From an uncultured delta proteobacterium (GTDB lineage Bacteria > Desulfobacterota > BSN033 > UBA1163): a stretch of 64,000 bases of DNA. A program made the position numbers and the translations under genes. Location: positions 160,001 to 224,000 of the forward strand of contig CAVPSJ010000004.1 of the NCBI GenBank assembly GCA_963708295.1. The letters run 5' to 3'. Under the pieces are notes generated by a model. It saw only the letters and a list, made by a program, of their open reading frames with translations. It made no database searches and was not told the origin of the DNA. Each line of letters starts with the position of its first letter. Position 1 is the first letter of the stretch. Below are positions 19,455-30,293 of the stretch, in pieces.

Positions 19455-20429
19455 ATGAAACGCTTCATTTTTATTTTGGGTTTCTTACTTCTTGTTGATG
19501 TCGTGTTCGTCGGGACAGCCAACCTTCAGGCTCAACCCTACCCCGCCCATCCGATTCAACTTGTCATCCCGGGGGCCCCCGGAGACGCTGTGGATATTGC
19601 TGCTCGATCCGTAGCGGATGAATTGGCGAAAATCCTAAATATTCCAATTATCCCTCTTAATAAACCGGGCGGAGGGTCCATCCTGGGAACCGAATTTGCA
19701 GTGAAGAGCAAGAAAGACGGATACACCCTTCTCTATGCCCTCAGCTCCGGTCTCATCTACAATCCTGCAATGAACCCTGAATCGGTCCCTTATGATCCCA
19801 TTCGAGACCTCGAACCGCTGGGGATGCACGTCAACTTTCCTACGGTGATCTCTGTCGGAGCCGACTCTCCCTGGAAGCATTTTTCGGAAATCGTCGAATA
19901 CGCTCAAAAGAATCCTGGAAAATTCCGCTGCGGCACATTGGGTGTGGGCTCTATTAACCATTTTCAATTGGAGATCATTAAGTCCATGACCAATACCGAT
20001 ATCACCATGATTCCTTTCAAGGGAGCCTCGCCGGCGATGACGGCCCTGTTGGGAGGTCACATCGAATCGGCATTTGTTGCAGTCGTTCTCTCCGTACCTC
20101 ATTACCAGTCAGGAAAACTGAGAGGAATCCTTCTGGACTATAAAGTGGCCGCTCTGCCGGACATCCCCACCCTGAGAGACCTGGGTTATTCACAGGATCT
20201 CCCGGTTTCATTTTTCGGATTCTTTGCACCCGCCGGGATTCCGGACGAAGCGAAAAAGGTTCTGGTCCCTGCAATCGAAAAAGCGATTAAAACCCCTGAG
20301 CTGACGGCGAAATTGCAGAAACTGTGGTATGTCACCAATTACAAATCACCCGCTGAACTAAAGCAAATGCTGAGCGAGAATTATGAAAAGGCTAAAAACA
20401 TCGCTAAAAAGATGCGCGTGAACAAATAG
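19455..20429 (+). CDS. Bug/TctC tripartite tricarboxylate transporter substrate-binding protein
   Basis: YPAHPIQLVIP, NKPGGG, DGYTLL, PFKG...ALLGGHI, LPDIPTL. Confidence 0.93.
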   Translation: MKRFIFILGFLLLVDVVFVGTANLQAQPYPAHPIQLVIPGAPGDAVDIAARSVADELAKILNIPIIPLNKPGGGSILGTEFAVKSKKDGYTLLYALSSGLIYNPAMNPESVPYDPIRDLEPLGMHVNFPTVISVGADSPWKHFSEIVEYAQKNPGKFRCGTLGVGSINHFQLEIIKSMTNTDITMIPFKGASPAMTALLGGHIESAFVAVVLSVPHYQSGKLRGILLDYKVAALPDIPTLRDLGYSQDLPVSFFGFFAPAGIPDEAKKVLVPAIEKAIKTPELTAKLQKLWYVTNYKSPAELKQMLSENYEKAKNIAKKMRVNK

Positions 20430-20479
20430 AAAGGGCTTGCTACCCCTCCGTCTTGAACAACCTCAAAGGAGGTTCATTC

Positions 20480-21472
20480 ATGAAGATCGACATTTTTACC
20501 CACGTCATGCTCCCTCGTTACAAGCAGGCGCTTTACAAGCACGCTGACAAATTTAGGACGGAGAAGGCGGTGCAGGACAGGCGTCCTGTTCTTACCGACG
20601 TTGAAGCACGGCTCCGTAAGATCGAGCCGTATCCGGACATGGTTCAGGTCCTATCCGCGACCATGCCACCGGTTGAGGAAGTGGTCGGCCCTCAAGAGGC
20701 CGCGGAGCTGGCTCGAATATGTAATGATGAGATCGCTGAGCTCATCACGAAGGTTCCGAAAAGATTCATTGCCGCCGTCGCCAATGTCCCTCTGAACAAC
20801 ATGGATATCGCCGTGAAGGAAGCGGAACGGGCGATCAAGGAGCTGGGCTTCAAGGGGATCCAGATCCATACCCGGGTTCTCGGAAAGCCACTGAGTTCAG
20901 ATGAATGGATGCCTCTCTACAAGCTCATGGCTGACTTCGATCTGCCCATTCTGATCCATCCGATGCGAAGTTCAAATCAACCCGATTACCCAACCGAGAC
21001 TGTCTCCTACCATCAGATCTTTTCCATTTTTGGATGGCCTTACGATACGACCGCAGCCATGGCACGCCTTGTCTTTGCCGGCATCTTTGAAAAATTTCCT
21101 TCCATAAAATTGATCACACACCACTGCGGGGGGATGGTTCCTTTTTGCGCCACCCGGCTGGTGATTCATTACGACAATGGTCTTGAGCGCCTGGGCGCAA
21201 GGCATTTTCCAGGACTCACGAAACATCCGGTCGATTACTTCCGGATGTTCTACGGGGATACCGCGCTCAACGGCAATCCTTCCGCCCTCCGGTGTGGTCT
21301 CGATTTCTTCGGAGAAGATCATATCCTCTTCGGCACCGATATGCCCTACGACGTCGAAAACGGGGGAGTCTCGATCAGAGAGACGATCAAGGCCATCGAG
21401 GCCATGGGGGTATCGGATTCTGTCCGGACGAAGATTTATGAAGGCAATGCACGGAAGTTGTTCCGTCTCTAA
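20480..21472 (+). CDS. Amidohydrolase_2 family (ACMSD/decarboxylase-like)
   Basis: IDIFTH, LIHP, THHCGG, LFGTDMP. Confidence 0.9.
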   Translation: MKIDIFTHVMLPRYKQALYKHADKFRTEKAVQDRRPVLTDVEARLRKIEPYPDMVQVLSATMPPVEEVVGPQEAAELARICNDEIAELITKVPKRFIAAVANVPLNNMDIAVKEAERAIKELGFKGIQIHTRVLGKPLSSDEWMPLYKLMADFDLPILIHPMRSSNQPDYPTETVSYHQIFSIFGWPYDTTAAMARLVFAGIFEKFPSIKLITHHCGGMVPFCATRLVIHYDNGLERLGARHFPGLTKHPVDYFRMFYGDTALNGNPSALRCGLDFFGEDHILFGTDMPYDVENGGVSIRETIKAIEAMGVSDSVRTKIYEGNARKLFRL

Positions 21473-21473
21473 C

Positions 21474-21610
21474 AGATTGCTGGAAAATGACTATTTCTCA
21501 GACTGGTCAAGAATGCCCCTGCTGCAAAGCTCCCTTGCCTTCGCGCAGGTAGGCGAAATCCTTTGTAGGGAACGGTTTCAAACCGTTCCCTACGACGCAC
21601 ACCGCAACAA
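21474..21610. repeat. Degenerate composite repeat with GTAG-type REP
   Basis: Perfect palindrome gtagggaacggtttcaaaccgttccctac (~21565-21593); start resembles the 4803 repeat. Confidence 0.65.
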
Positions 21611-21643
21611 GCTGAATCCGTTGAGTCCAAAATTTCCGTGACC

Positions 21644-24600
21644 CTATGAACGTCCTCGTCTGGATCGCCGGCAGATAAACCAGGTTTCTTCCCGGTTCAA
21701 GGCGGTCGGTTCTTTGAGCTCGACCGTGAAACCCGCTTCAGAAAGCAACCCCGTCACTTCTTCGATAGATCGAAAATACGGGTTGAGATGCAGCGTCTTC
21801 AGTCGCCATTCTTCAACCCGGCGCAGCCAGGGGACGGGTTTCCGAGAGGGGACGGTTGCCCGAAGGATCAGTTTCCCTCCCGGCACAACCTTATCATAGA
21901 GCCGCCGAAGCGTGAGCCTCAACTCCTCGTCGGAAATCAGATGAATCATATCGAGCATCAAGGCCGTATCCACCTGATCCGGGGTAGCCGCAGGCAGGTC
22001 GGGCGCTTTTCCAACAGCCGCAGACCCTCGATCTCCGAAAGCCCGGGCTGCAATCGCAACACGCCTGCGGTCGGGGTCGAGACCATAAACCTTTGCCTGG
22101 GGAAACAAAGACAGCAGCCAGACTGCCGGGACTCCGTACCCGCATCCGATGTCGATCACTTGACGGGGCGAATCAAGAAAACTTGCAAGCCGGGGGAACA
22201 TAGGGTCCAGGTGCATCTTGAACCTGGCGAAAAGTCGTGGATGGGGCTCCATGTGTCGGTAACGGCTCAACGCCCGGATCTGATGCTGCCTTGATCCCGG
22301 GACAATCTCTTCATGGGACCATCGCGTCGGGGACCATCGGATCGGCACAAAAACGTGTTTCAAAAGCGGGGGCGTAATGGCAACCGCACCCATAAAGGAA
22401 TATCCGATGCCCAGTGCCAAAGCGATGCCTACGTTCTTCAACAATGCATGACCTGATACCGCCAGGGCACCGAAACCCATGAACGTTGTGGCAAAACAAA
22501 GAAAAACCGACAGGCGGATCAGACCCAACGAAGGGTGATTCTCATCCATGTAACGCTGATAGGAACGAACCAGGTAAAAGGCATAATCCGACCCCATGCC
22601 GATAACGACCACTGCGACCATGAGGGTGGGAATACCCAGTGGCTCCCCGAGCAGGTTCAGGGTTCCAATCGTGCATATCAGCGCGAACAGAGTCGGAAGA
22701 ATGCCAATCAATGTCAACTGCCAATCCAGCAGGTAAAGGAAGGCAACCAGAAGGGTCATGATACCGACGATCAGGGTCATTCTGATGAAGCTCGACAGCA
22801 GGACATCGCCGAGTCTCTGGCTGAACAGACCTGGGTCAAACATTCCAACCCACCCTGTAAGCTTGAGGTTTTTGTAAAAGGCCTCACTTTGGTAGGCTGG
22901 CCCTGGAGTGAGGGTGGATATCTGGACCCAGTCTGAGCGGTCACGGCTCTTGGATATCCCGAGCAGGCCAAAAAAAGATTGGGGAATGGCCAGGGTTCCC
23001 ATTTCTTTTATCTTCACCAGAGCCAAGAAGGGTGCGAAGGCATCGGGTGCAAAACCCAGTTTGATCGAATCATGGACCAGGGCTTTCTGGAGGGCCGCCG
23101 TCCTCTCCGGCCGCCAGAAGGCCCGCCAGGCAGAAAAATTTTGCTCTGCCCGCTCTTTCCCGGGGAAAACCCGGGATGGCACGAAGGCAGAAGCGAGCGT
23201 GCCGGTCCTGACATCCTGATCCAGCAGGGCCGCGAGGAGGTCGCCTTTGTGCTGCAACTCCTCCACGTCCCGGCCTTCCACCATCACGTAGATTCTGCTA
23301 AAAAGATTTCCCCAAACGCCAGCCAAGAGTTTTTCCGCCTCCAATGTCTCCTTGCTGACCGAATTCATCGCATTAAGATCCACATGAAACACCGGGTTTG
23401 CAAAAAAAAGCAGAACCACGGCCAAACCGATGGCCCCATAAGCCCTTTTTTTGCCTGCGGATGTACCAATCCGGTTGGCAAGACGCTGCAAGGGCAGCAG
23501 GCTTTCGCCTCCTGCTGGCGGCAGGGTGGGAAAGATCACGGGGTAGATCAAATGAACAAAGAGGTAGGTAAAAAGGACGCCCAGGGCGGTAAACTCCCCG
23601 ATCTGGGCGAGGGCGGTAAAACCTGTGACGGCAAGAAAGGCAAAGCTGATTGCGGTAGTCAGCATGGCCAGAAGCCCCAAAGGCCAGACTTCTTTGGTCG
23701 CTTCCAGTCCGTGGGTTTCATGGGGACGGTCCAGAAACAGGAGATAGGTAATGCCATAATCGACGGTAAAAGAGATGATGGCGCTTCCGAATCCAATAGC
23801 CATCATGGTAATGGACGGATGAAACAGGGAATAGACGAAGAGGGCCAGCATGGTACCCGCCGCGGATGGCAGCAACGCCAGTAGTCCGATCAGGGGCCGC
23901 GGAAAAGCGAGCAGCAAAAGCATCATAATAGCAATGGTTGAGAAAAGGACGGCCCGTTTCGTACCCTGTTTCGTACTGGTTTCGTTATCCAGCGCAGCCC
24001 TGTAGGTGCCAGCCGGGGTCAGCGTCACAGGCTCGCGTCCTTCGTGGTTTTGATTCAGTTCCCGGTTGATCGCGTCGACCAGGGCAGTCACCTTCCGGGA
24101 AAAGGTTGTATCCATCCCGGAAATCAGAGGCTCGGCGATGATGAGAAGGTGTTTTTTGTCGGCTGACAAGAGGTATCCCCTAAAGATCTGAGCGTTCTGG
24201 GTAGGTGCCAGGTGTGACAACTGGGAGAAGATCAGAGTTCTCAGGTCCAATGGATCCTGGGCGATGAGTGCCGTCTGGCCCACGCTTTCCAAGCGGCCCA
24301 AGTGCGCGAAATGATCGGAGAGGGCTGCGCGGATTTTCGTCGGCTCCAGCAGGGGCTTCACTTCTTCTTCCAGTTCCTCTGCCGAGAATAGAACGGGCAG
24401 GCGAGCGGCAATGGAAAAGATGAGTTCCGGAATCAGCTGCTGTTCCTGATCCAGGCCGACGCGGGCGAAGAGACCACTTTGGCGCAGCCGCTTCTCAATG
24501 ACCGTAGCGGCATCCGCCAGTCCATCTGCGTCCGGTTCTGAACGGCCTACATCAATAACCACCCGGTCTTTCATCGGGTGGTTGGTGATCATCCGGCGGG

Positions 24601-24763
24601 CATCTGCCAGGACGGGATCACCCTGTGGCAGGGAAGCCGCGAGATCGGTGTCGAAGATAAGACGTTGCAGACCGATCACGAAGGCCCCCGTCACCGCCAG
24701 GAGAACCAGACCAATGAATGACCATCGCAGCTTGTATCGCTGAAGAAACATGGAGATCCGCAC
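21644..24763 (-). CDS. MMPL/RND-family exporter fused to a C-terminal class I SAM methyltransferase
   Basis: Two TM bundles with TVDYG and GMGSDYA; C-terminal IDIGCGYG, GLDPD, LDMIH. Confidence 0.9.
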   Translation of the reverse strand: MRISMFLQRYKLRWSFIGLVLLAVTGAFVIGLQRLIFDTDLAASLPQGDPVLADARRMITNHPMKDRVVIDVGRSEPDADGLADAATVIEKRLRQSGLFARVGLDQEQQLIPELIFSIAARLPVLFSAEELEEEVKPLLEPTKIRAALSDHFAHLGRLESVGQTALIAQDPLDLRTLIFSQLSHLAPTQNAQIFRGYLLSADKKHLLIIAEPLISGMDTTFSRKVTALVDAINRELNQNHEGREPVTLTPAGTYRAALDNETSTKQGTKRAVLFSTIAIMMLLLLAFPRPLIGLLALLPSAAGTMLALFVYSLFHPSITMMAIGFGSAIISFTVDYGITYLLFLDRPHETHGLEATKEVWPLGLLAMLTTAISFAFLAVTGFTALAQIGEFTALGVLFTYLFVHLIYPVIFPTLPPAGGESLLPLQRLANRIGTSAGKKRAYGAIGLAVVLLFFANPVFHVDLNAMNSVSKETLEAEKLLAGVWGNLFSRIYVMVEGRDVEELQHKGDLLAALLDQDVRTGTLASAFVPSRVFPGKERAEQNFSAWRAFWRPERTAALQKALVHDSIKLGFAPDAFAPFLALVKIKEMGTLAIPQSFFGLLGISKSRDRSDWVQISTLTPGPAYQSEAFYKNLKLTGWVGMFDPGLFSQRLGDVLLSSFIRMTLIVGIMTLLVAFLYLLDWQLTLIGILPTLFALICTIGTLNLLGEPLGIPTLMVAVVVIGMGSDYAFYLVRSYQRYMDENHPSLGLIRLSVFLCFATTFMGFGALAVSGHALLKNVGIALALGIGYSFMGAVAITPPLLKHVFVPIRWSPTRWSHEEIVPGSRQHQIRALSRYRHMEPHPRLFARFKMHLDPMFPRLASFLDSPRQVIDIGCGYGVPAVWLLSLFPQAKVYGLDPDRRRVAIAARAFGDRGSAAVGKAPDLPAATPDQVDTALMLDMIHLISDEELRLTLRRLYDKVVPGGKLILRATVPSRKPVPWLRRVEEWRLKTLHLNPYFRSIEEVTGLLSEAGFTVELKEPTALNREETWFICRRSRRGRS

Positions 24764-25133
24764 CCATTAGGAGCAGTTGTCACTACGTTCCCCGCGACGG
24801 GTCTCGGTTCCCTTATGGGAGGAGTCTTGTCAGCGGGGCTGCGCCGGAAATTTTCGGCCTCAAAATAGCACATCTTGTGGAAGCCGGCAATAGTTCTTCT
24901 CATCTTGCCCTGCCCAGGCTTTTGTGCCGCCCCATCTTATCCCTGAAGAGGCTTCATCGGCCCAAACCGCTTCAGGGTTCGCTGCATGAGCTTGAAAAGA
25001 AGAGAGTAGGTCCCAATGTCATTACGGGCTTGATCCAGTTTGCCTTCAACCCGGGCCTTATGAAGCCTTGGAGGGGATCTACCCTGGGCGCAGGCAAGGA
25101 AAAGCCCGGGTGTGGGCAAGTTCCTGCCACCGG

Positions 25134-25162
25134 TTGACAGGCATAACGTGAAAAATTAGAAT
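25134..25162 (+). promoter_or_regulatory. Near-consensus sigma70 promoter for the + strand lipid/PKS operon
   Basis: TTGACA-17 nt-TAGAAT. Confidence 0.7.
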
Positions 25163-25211
25163 TGGCAAAGGCAGATAGCGCTTGGACCGTTCAAGTTGTC
25201 TGCAATATCCC

Positions 25212-26432
25212 ATGAGCCGTTTCCGTACCATAACCATCCTGTTCGTCCTGACCGCTTTGGGTGCGGGTTTAAGCCTCGCAGGCCCGATTCGCTGGCTTGT
25301 TCTCGGACTATGGGTCGCTGCATATCTTGTCGTTTTCATCCTTGGTGTATCTGTGCTGAGATTCGATTTTTTCGTCGCGACCGCCTGCCGCGGTGACTCA
25401 ACCGAAAAGCGCGTCGCTCTGACTTTTGATGACGGACCAGACCCGGAGGCAACCCCAAGTCTCCTGGAAGTCCTGAGACGCCATAAGATCAAGGCTGCCT
25501 TTTTCCCCGTGGGGACGAAAACCAGGGATTATCCGGAAATGATCAAACGGATCGACCAGGAAGGTCATATTCTCGGGAACCATTCATTTAGACATGTCTG
25601 GTGGACCAATTTCTTGATTTCAGGGGCACTCGACCGAGAAATTGGAATGGCCCAGGAAGCGATTGCCACTGCCATCGGTAAAGTTCCAGCTTATTTCCGC
25701 CCTCCCATGGGCCTGACCAATCCACATCTCAGGAGAGCGTTGAAGAAACATGGGCTGTCAGTGGTAGGCTGGGACGTCAGGCCTTTTGACACGACGGCCA
25801 GCGCCGAGAAGGTGACCGAAAGGGTGCTCAGGAGGATACGTAACGGAAGCATCATCGCCCTCCACGACACGGGACGGGGGCCCGCCGAATTGGCGCGTTT
25901 AGCCGAAGAACTTGTGACCAAGATCAAGGAACGAGAATACACATTCAGTGGACTTGAAGAACTGACCGGCGTCAGAGCTTATCAGACAACGGAAGGAGTG
26001 GACATGCCAAAACCCACTCCTTTCATCCCCTCCATGGATCAATCCGAAGGAGGCGGGAAACGGGGTGGTTTCTGGTGGTTTTTGGCCCAAAAACTGGCTT
26101 CCACCGCTTACGTAAAGAGAGCCATCGAGAAACAGGCAACGTTGGATTGTTTCAAGGCCACCCCCTCGCCCAGACTCCTGTTTGGCGTGGGTATGGTTCT
26201 ATTCAGTTTCGTCATAGGATGGCCCATGGTCGCGCTGTTTGGCGTTCTGTCGGCCTATTCCCATACCCCGGCCTTGCTCATATTGGGCGCGGCTTTTTAC
26301 GGGTTCTCCCATTTGGTATGGATGTTCGGAATGTATCTGGCCGGGCGAAATTGCATTCAATATGCCGATGCTGTGCTCAGCTGGATTCTTCGCAAGGCAG
26401 TAGAAAAGGCTCTATTTACTAAACGGACCTGA
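25212..26432 (+). CDS. Polysaccharide deacetylase (NodB/CE4) with an extra C-terminal membrane domain
   Basis: LTFDDGP, GNHSFRH, FRPPMG, IALHD; two hydrophobic helices at the C-terminus. Confidence 0.9.
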   Translation: MSRFRTITILFVLTALGAGLSLAGPIRWLVLGLWVAAYLVVFILGVSVLRFDFFVATACRGDSTEKRVALTFDDGPDPEATPSLLEVLRRHKIKAAFFPVGTKTRDYPEMIKRIDQEGHILGNHSFRHVWWTNFLISGALDREIGMAQEAIATAIGKVPAYFRPPMGLTNPHLRRALKKHGLSVVGWDVRPFDTTASAEKVTERVLRRIRNGSIIALHDTGRGPAELARLAEELVTKIKEREYTFSGLEELTGVRAYQTTEGVDMPKPTPFIPSMDQSEGGGKRGGFWWFLAQKLASTAYVKRAIEKQATLDCFKATPSPRLLFGVGMVLFSFVIGWPMVALFGVLSAYSHTPALLILGAAFYGFSHLVWMFGMYLAGRNCIQYADAVLSWILRKAVEKALFTKRT

Positions 26433-26701
26433 TGGATTATAATGCCAAGAAATTATCTAGCTTAGAAAACGAACCCTCCGCGCTCTAAGGCGGCCAGCCT
26501 TTATCTGATTGATCATCTCCGGTTTTTTCCGGTAGATAGCCAAGCGCGCTTCACCCCTGACGCGCGGATCTTTTAACGCGATGACCTATTTCAAAAGAGA
26601 AACTCGACGTGTGTCTCCCCCCTCCCTGTCCCGGAGGGGGAATGGTGAGGGGGTCAAAATCGTTAGAATGAAATTCTGAGAAGACATCTATGGTGTGATG
26701 A

Positions 26702-26965
26702 ATGAGTGAAGACGAAGTATTCAAAAAGGTCTCTGAGTATTTGGTGAATCAATTTGAGATTCCTCCGGAGAAGATAAGTCCTGGGGCCCACCTCTTTAAA
26801 GACCTCGGGATGGACAGCATTGACGCTCTGGATTGGTTCGCCGCGATGCAGTCCCAAATCGGTCTTCCGATTATCGAAAAAGAACTCAAGATGATAAGAA
26901 CCGTCCAGGACGTGGTGGACTATTGGGTCCGGAATTTGAGCCGAAATGGAGATACCTCAGGATAG
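26702..26965 (+). CDS. Acyl carrier protein
   Basis: DLGMDSID phosphopantetheine motif. Confidence 0.92.
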   Translation: MSEDEVFKKVSEYLVNQFEIPPEKISPGAHLFKDLGMDSIDALDWFAAMQSQIGLPIIEKELKMIRTVQDVVDYWVRNLSRNGDTSG

Positions 26966-27335
26966 ATGGCTGCCCCTGAACGAGCTCCGGATAACCCACG
27001 AAGGGCGTTGGGAATCGAAGGCGCGAATCGGGGCATCTTCAGAATGGTTCTCAGGTCACTTCGATGATTGCCCCCTGCTGCCCGGCGTAGCACTCCTGGC
27101 TATGGCGGCTGAAACGGTAAAAAGACAGGGGCGCCAACAGGGACGTTTGCTTGAGGTTTCAGGGTTCTCCGGCGTCAGGTTCAGGCGCCTGGTTTTCCCC
27201 GGGGAGGAACTCCTCGTTTCAGTCGGCGCCATGCCCCCAGGCACGGAGGCAAAGCTCGATTTTCAGGTGACCTGCCATGGCAATCCGGTTGTCCTCGGTG
27301 TACTGAAAGTCTCCGAAGAATCCGACGGCGGGTGA
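26946..27335 (+). CDS. FabA/FabZ-like hotdog dehydratase (ApeI-like)
   Basis: FSGHF...LPGV, VRFRRLVFPGEEL. Confidence 0.85.
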   Translation: MEIPQDRWLPLNELRITHEGRWESKARIGASSEWFSGHFDDCPLLPGVALLAMAAETVKRQGRQQGRLLEVSGFSGVRFRRLVFPGEELLVSVGAMPPGTEAKLDFQVTCHGNPVVLGVLKVSEESDGG

Positions 27336-27342
27336 GGAAACG

Positions 27343-27603
27343 ATGGAAGCGCTCCTGCAGGAACTGAAAAGAAAGATCGTGGAAGAACTTGATCTCAAGG
27401 ATGTCACCCCGAACGATCTGGCGGATGATACCCTTTTTTTCGACGGGGGCCTGGGATTGGATTCGGTGGATCTGATGATCCTCGTCGCCCTCGTGGACAG
27501 AGACTACGGGGTGGAGATCTTCAACCGTGAGCTGGGAGAGAAGGTTTTCATTACTCTCTCTACCCTGGCGGAGTACATCATGACGCATCGGAAAAAGGGA
27601 TAA
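27343..27603 (+). CDS. Acyl carrier protein (aryl polyene ACP-like)
   Basis: FDGGLGLDSVD. Confidence 0.92.
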   Translation: MEALLQELKRKIVEELDLKDVTPNDLADDTLFFDGGLGLDSVDLMILVALVDRDYGVEIFNRELGEKVFITLSTLAEYIMTHRKKG

Positions 27604-27719
27604 AAGGTGCGATCGGGGCTTACAGGACTTGAGACAGAACAGGCTGCTTCCGCTCCGGTCGGCTACGTTAAGGATGAGACGGAGCGGGTTTCACGCAGTT
27701 TCAATAAGGAGGCGCACCG

Positions 27720-29356
27720 ATGATGAATAGACCCTGGCTCAAACAGTATGAAAAACACGTTCCTCATTCCATCCCCTACCCTGAAATTTCTGTCCACCGT
27801 CTCCTGTTGGATACGGTTGCCAAACACCCGGGTGACATTGCAATCTCATTCAATGAGATGCAAATTCCCTACAAGGAGCTAAACGTCCGGGTAAACATGT
27901 TCGCCCACGCCCTCCAGAAGGCCGGAGTGGAGAAGGGGGACAGGGTCGCCCTGCTCTTGGTGAACTCTCCCGTCTATGTGATCGCCTTCTTCGCTATTCT
28001 GAAGATCGGGGGTGTTGTAGTCAACCTGAGCGTAGGGATTCAGGGCGAGGAGCTGATCCGCTGCTTGAGCGAATCGGGAGCCGGGGTGGTGGTCACCATG
28101 GACCTGTTTGCCCAAAATATCTATAAGGTGATTAAGAGCACGAAGGTGAAAACCGTTATTCTCCATTCTGTGATGGGACTGGAGAAGAAGATGCACTTCG
28201 AGGAAGGAGCCCCTCAACCCCAACCTTTTCAGGAAGTGCTCGCTGCGGCTCGAAACACGGAGGAACCGGCGGTTCAGGTCTCTCCCGGAGATGTGGCGGT
28301 GCTTCAATATACCAGCGGCTCTACGGGAGCCCCCAAGGCAGCGACCTTGACCCACTCCAATCTCGTTGCCAGCGTCCTTCAGTCTGACCGCATGGATGGG
28401 GATGAGTGCAGGGAATGCCGCGGTCATGTGTGTCATCCCCTTCTTCCACGTTTTTGGAATGTCGGCCTGTCTCCTGCTCTCTGTGTTCAAAGGATACAGA
28501 ATGGTCCTTCTCCCCCGGATCGATCTGATGGATATTCTCTCCCTGATGAAGATCATAGAAACCCACCGGCCTATCTCTTTTCCGGCCGTGCCCAGCCTGT
28601 GGGCGGCCATCCTGTCTCTTCCTCCTGAGAAGGCCAGGGATCAGATTTCCTCCATTCAGGTAGCAACGAGCGGAGGGGCATCCCTGCCGCCCTGGGCCCA
28701 TGAAAAGTTTGAGACCCTCACCGGAAGAAAGATGATGGAGGCCTACGGTCTCTCTGAAGCCTCCTCAGCCACTCATTTTACCCCTTATCCCCGTGGGGGC
28801 CCCAAGGGCTCGATCGGGGTTCCCCTTCCGGACACAGAAGCCAGGATTATGGACATTGAAACCGGAGAGAAGGAGTGCCCGGCGGGCGAGATCGGTGAAC
28901 TCGTGGTCAAAGGACCCCAGATCATGCGGGGATACTGGAACAACCAGGATCTTACATCGGCAGCCTTGCGTAAGGGTTGGTTCTACACAGGGGACCTGGC
29001 CCGAATGGATCAGGACGGATTCTTTTACATTGTGGACAGGAAAGATGACCTCATCATCTCCAGCGGATTTAACGTCTATCCCAGTCAGATCGAGGAAGTC
29101 CTGGAGAAACATCCCAAGATCAAGGAAGCTGCGGTGATCGGGCGCTCCTGACCGGATCAAGGGGCAGGCCATTGTGGCAGTCATCGTCTTGAAGGAAGGC
29201 GTGCAAGGGGACAAAGAGGAGTTCCTCACCTACTGCAAGGAGAACATGCCAGACTACAGGGTGCCCAAAACCATCCTCTTTCGCGATGCGATCCCGCGGA
29301 ATCCGGCGGGAAAGATCCTGAAGAGGGTATTAAAGCGAGACTTTCAGCCGGGCTGA
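27720..29356 (+). CDS. Long-chain fatty acid--CoA ligase (two frameshifts)
   Basis: YTSGSTGAPK, EAYGLSE, TGDLA..D.DG, PRNPAGKILKR across three ORFs. Confidence 0.92.
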
Positions 29357-29362
29357 GAAAGA

Positions 29363-30232
29363 TTGATGAAAGCTTCCATTCATCATGCGGTCATCAGGGT
29401 TTCGCTTCTCCTGGGATCTTGGCCCATCCGATTTTTCGCCTGGTGGATCGCCACAGGATACTTCCTGTTTCGTTCTTCGCGAAGGAGATCCAATATCCGC
29501 CTTTATCAGGTTATTTTCCCCGAAAGATCGGGGTTGTACTATCTTTATTGCACCTGGCGCCAGTTTCATTCCTATGCAGCCACGTTTGGGGAGCGGATTG
29601 ACCTCGATAGAAGAACAGAGCTAACCACTTCCATCCAGGGACAGAAGAATTTGGTAGAGGTGGCGAGAAGGGGGAGCGGAGGAATTATCCTGATGTCCCA
29701 TCTGGGCAGTTTCGAGATTGCAGCCCACGCGTTTGGAGAACTCGGGCTCAGGCTCCTCCTGATCATGGGCGAAAAGGAAGCCAAACAGGTCGCCCGCGAT
29801 CAGCGCGAGGCCATGAAGGCGCGAGGCATCCATATCCAGGTCGCCACGCCAGGAGAGGATTTTCTCTTCGGCGGGGTGGAAGCCATCAAGTTCGTGAGAG
29901 AAGGAGGGTTCGTCTCTGTTGCCGGGGATCTTGTTTGGACCGAACAGCGCTCACGTCTCCCTGTGAGTCTCTTTGGTCATGAGGTGGGCCTTTCTGCAGG
30001 TCCTCATCTCCTGGCCCTGGTTTCAAACGCACCCCTCTTCACTATGTTCACCTTTCGAGTTGAAAAAGGAAAACATCTGATCATCATGTCTCCTCCGAGG
30101 GAGGTGAAGGCAACATCCCGTTCCGAACGAAGCGCGGCCCTTCAGGCGAGCGCGCAGGCATACGCCAGTGCTCTGGAAGAGATGGTGCGCCAGCACCCTT
30201 TCCAGTGGTACATCTTTGAGCCATTTTTTTGA
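29363..30232 (+). CDS. LpxL-like lipid acyltransferase (LPLAT)
   Basis: SHLGSFE, HPFQWY motifs. Confidence 0.85.
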   Translation: MMKASIHHAVIRVSLLLGSWPIRFFAWWIATGYFLFRSSRRRSNIRLYQVIFPERSGLYYLYCTWRQFHSYAATFGERIDLDRRTELTTSIQGQKNLVEVARRGSGGIILMSHLGSFEIAAHAFGELGLRLLLIMGEKEAKQVARDQREAMKARGIHIQVATPGEDFLFGGVEAIKFVREGGFVSVAGDLVWTEQRSRLPVSLFGHEVGLSAGPHLLALVSNAPLFTMFTFRVEKGKHLIIMSPPREVKATSRSERSAALQASAQAYASALEEMVRQHPFQWYIFEPFF

Positions 30233-30293
30233 TCCCCACGATATGATAAAAGAGAGTCCAACCATCAAGAAGAATGGAGTTGAGAGAGTTGAG

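Noticed and set aside
10120-23884. Long antisense ORFs (10120-11139, 12582-13862, 13896-14813, 22979-23884)
   Set aside because: Shadow ORFs opposite well-supported genes, with no motifs.
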